DNA from: Squalus acanthias
Lineage: Eukaryota
Length of the DNA: 64,000 nt
Direction of reading: 5' to 3'
Assembly (NCBI GenBank): GCA_030390025.1
Contig: CM059444.1
Span: 44,640,001-44,704,000 of the forward strand
Shown here one piece after another: positions 63,417-64,000 of the stretch (its first letter is position 1; every line of letters starts with the position of its first letter). Position numbers and translations under genes: made by a program. The notes under the pieces were generated by a model, which was given only the letters and a program-made list of their open reading frames with translations, made no database searches and was not told the origin of the DNA.

Positions 63417-63437
63417 TACCTGGATGGGAGGGGGGAT

Positions 63438-63742
63438 ATCAAATCCACTATGGCCTTGCCCCTCCCTATCTGTGTAACCTCCGCTAGCTCTACAATCCTC
63501 AGACTCTGGCCTTTTGCGCATCCCCCATTTCCTTCGCCTCACCATTGATGGCGTACCTTCAGTTGCCTAGGCCCTAAGCTGTGGAACTCCCTCCCTAAAC
63601 CTCTCCCTCTTTTAAGATGATCCTTAAAACCTATCTCTTGGACCAAACTTTTGGTCACGTGGCTTGCTGTCAAATTTTGTTTTATAACGCTCCTGTGAAG
63701 CGCCTTGGGACATTTTACGGCGTTAAAGGCAAGTTGTTGTCT
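63438..63742 (+). mobile_element. L2 LINE 3' end
   Basis: Matches 46910-47160 and 1560-1650. Confidence 0.82.
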
Positions 63743-64000
63743 TGCATAAAGCACATTTGATGCTTAAAATAAACTGCCTGCAGGATGAAGTGTGCTGGGT
63801 ATGGGACTACATGTTGTTGGGGTCAGATTATCCCAGGCCAACCTTGCCGAGCTCAAACCCCTTATTCCCCGCCTCCCTCCCCCCAGTAACCAATGTTGCC
63901 TCATTTCCCCCTTGTAGAACCATTCTCCCAGTGCTTTCAACCCCTTCTGACCTCACCACCTCTTCCCCCAATATTAGTAAATAACTCCCCCCCCCCCCCC

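Noticed and set aside
1-64000. Prokaryotic systems (CRISPR arrays, operons, defence islands)
   Set aside because: Spliced vertebrate gene and vertebrate TE families; no regularly spaced repeat-spacer array.
58798-64000. Final VGLL4 exon with TDU motifs (VEEHFRRSLG, VDDHFAKALG)
   Set aside because: No such coding sequence seen. The ORF 58662-58916 simply reads through the donor at 58798.

Overview
This is eukaryotic genomic DNA, not prokaryotic. The repeat families point to a cartilaginous fish (shark-like). The window holds most of a + strand VGLL4 gene (Hippo-pathway TEAD cofactor). Four spliced coding exons lie at 26908-26983, 35204-35390, 54729-54945 and 58674-58797, and an alternative first micro-exon (MIKVR) lies at 50246-50259. 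The last exon, with the TDU/Tondu motifs, was not seen and is probably downstream. The rest is intronic or upstream DNA rich in decayed mobile elements: CR1 and L2 LINEs, Deu-domain and other tRNA-derived SINEs, Harbinger-like and Tigger/pogo-like MITEs, and a hAT transposase fossil with an internal inverted duplication. The most notable feature outside the gene is two families of short Penelope-like insertions carrying minimal hammerhead ribozyme motifs (CUGANGA-stem-GAAA). Several have long target-site duplications and several form inverted pairs. Inside the identified VGLL4 introns the sense-strand ribozyme cores are broken while the antisense cores are intact. Most supplied ORFs are spurious or TE fragments. 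All calls come from reading by eye; family names and orthology are from recall, not database searches.
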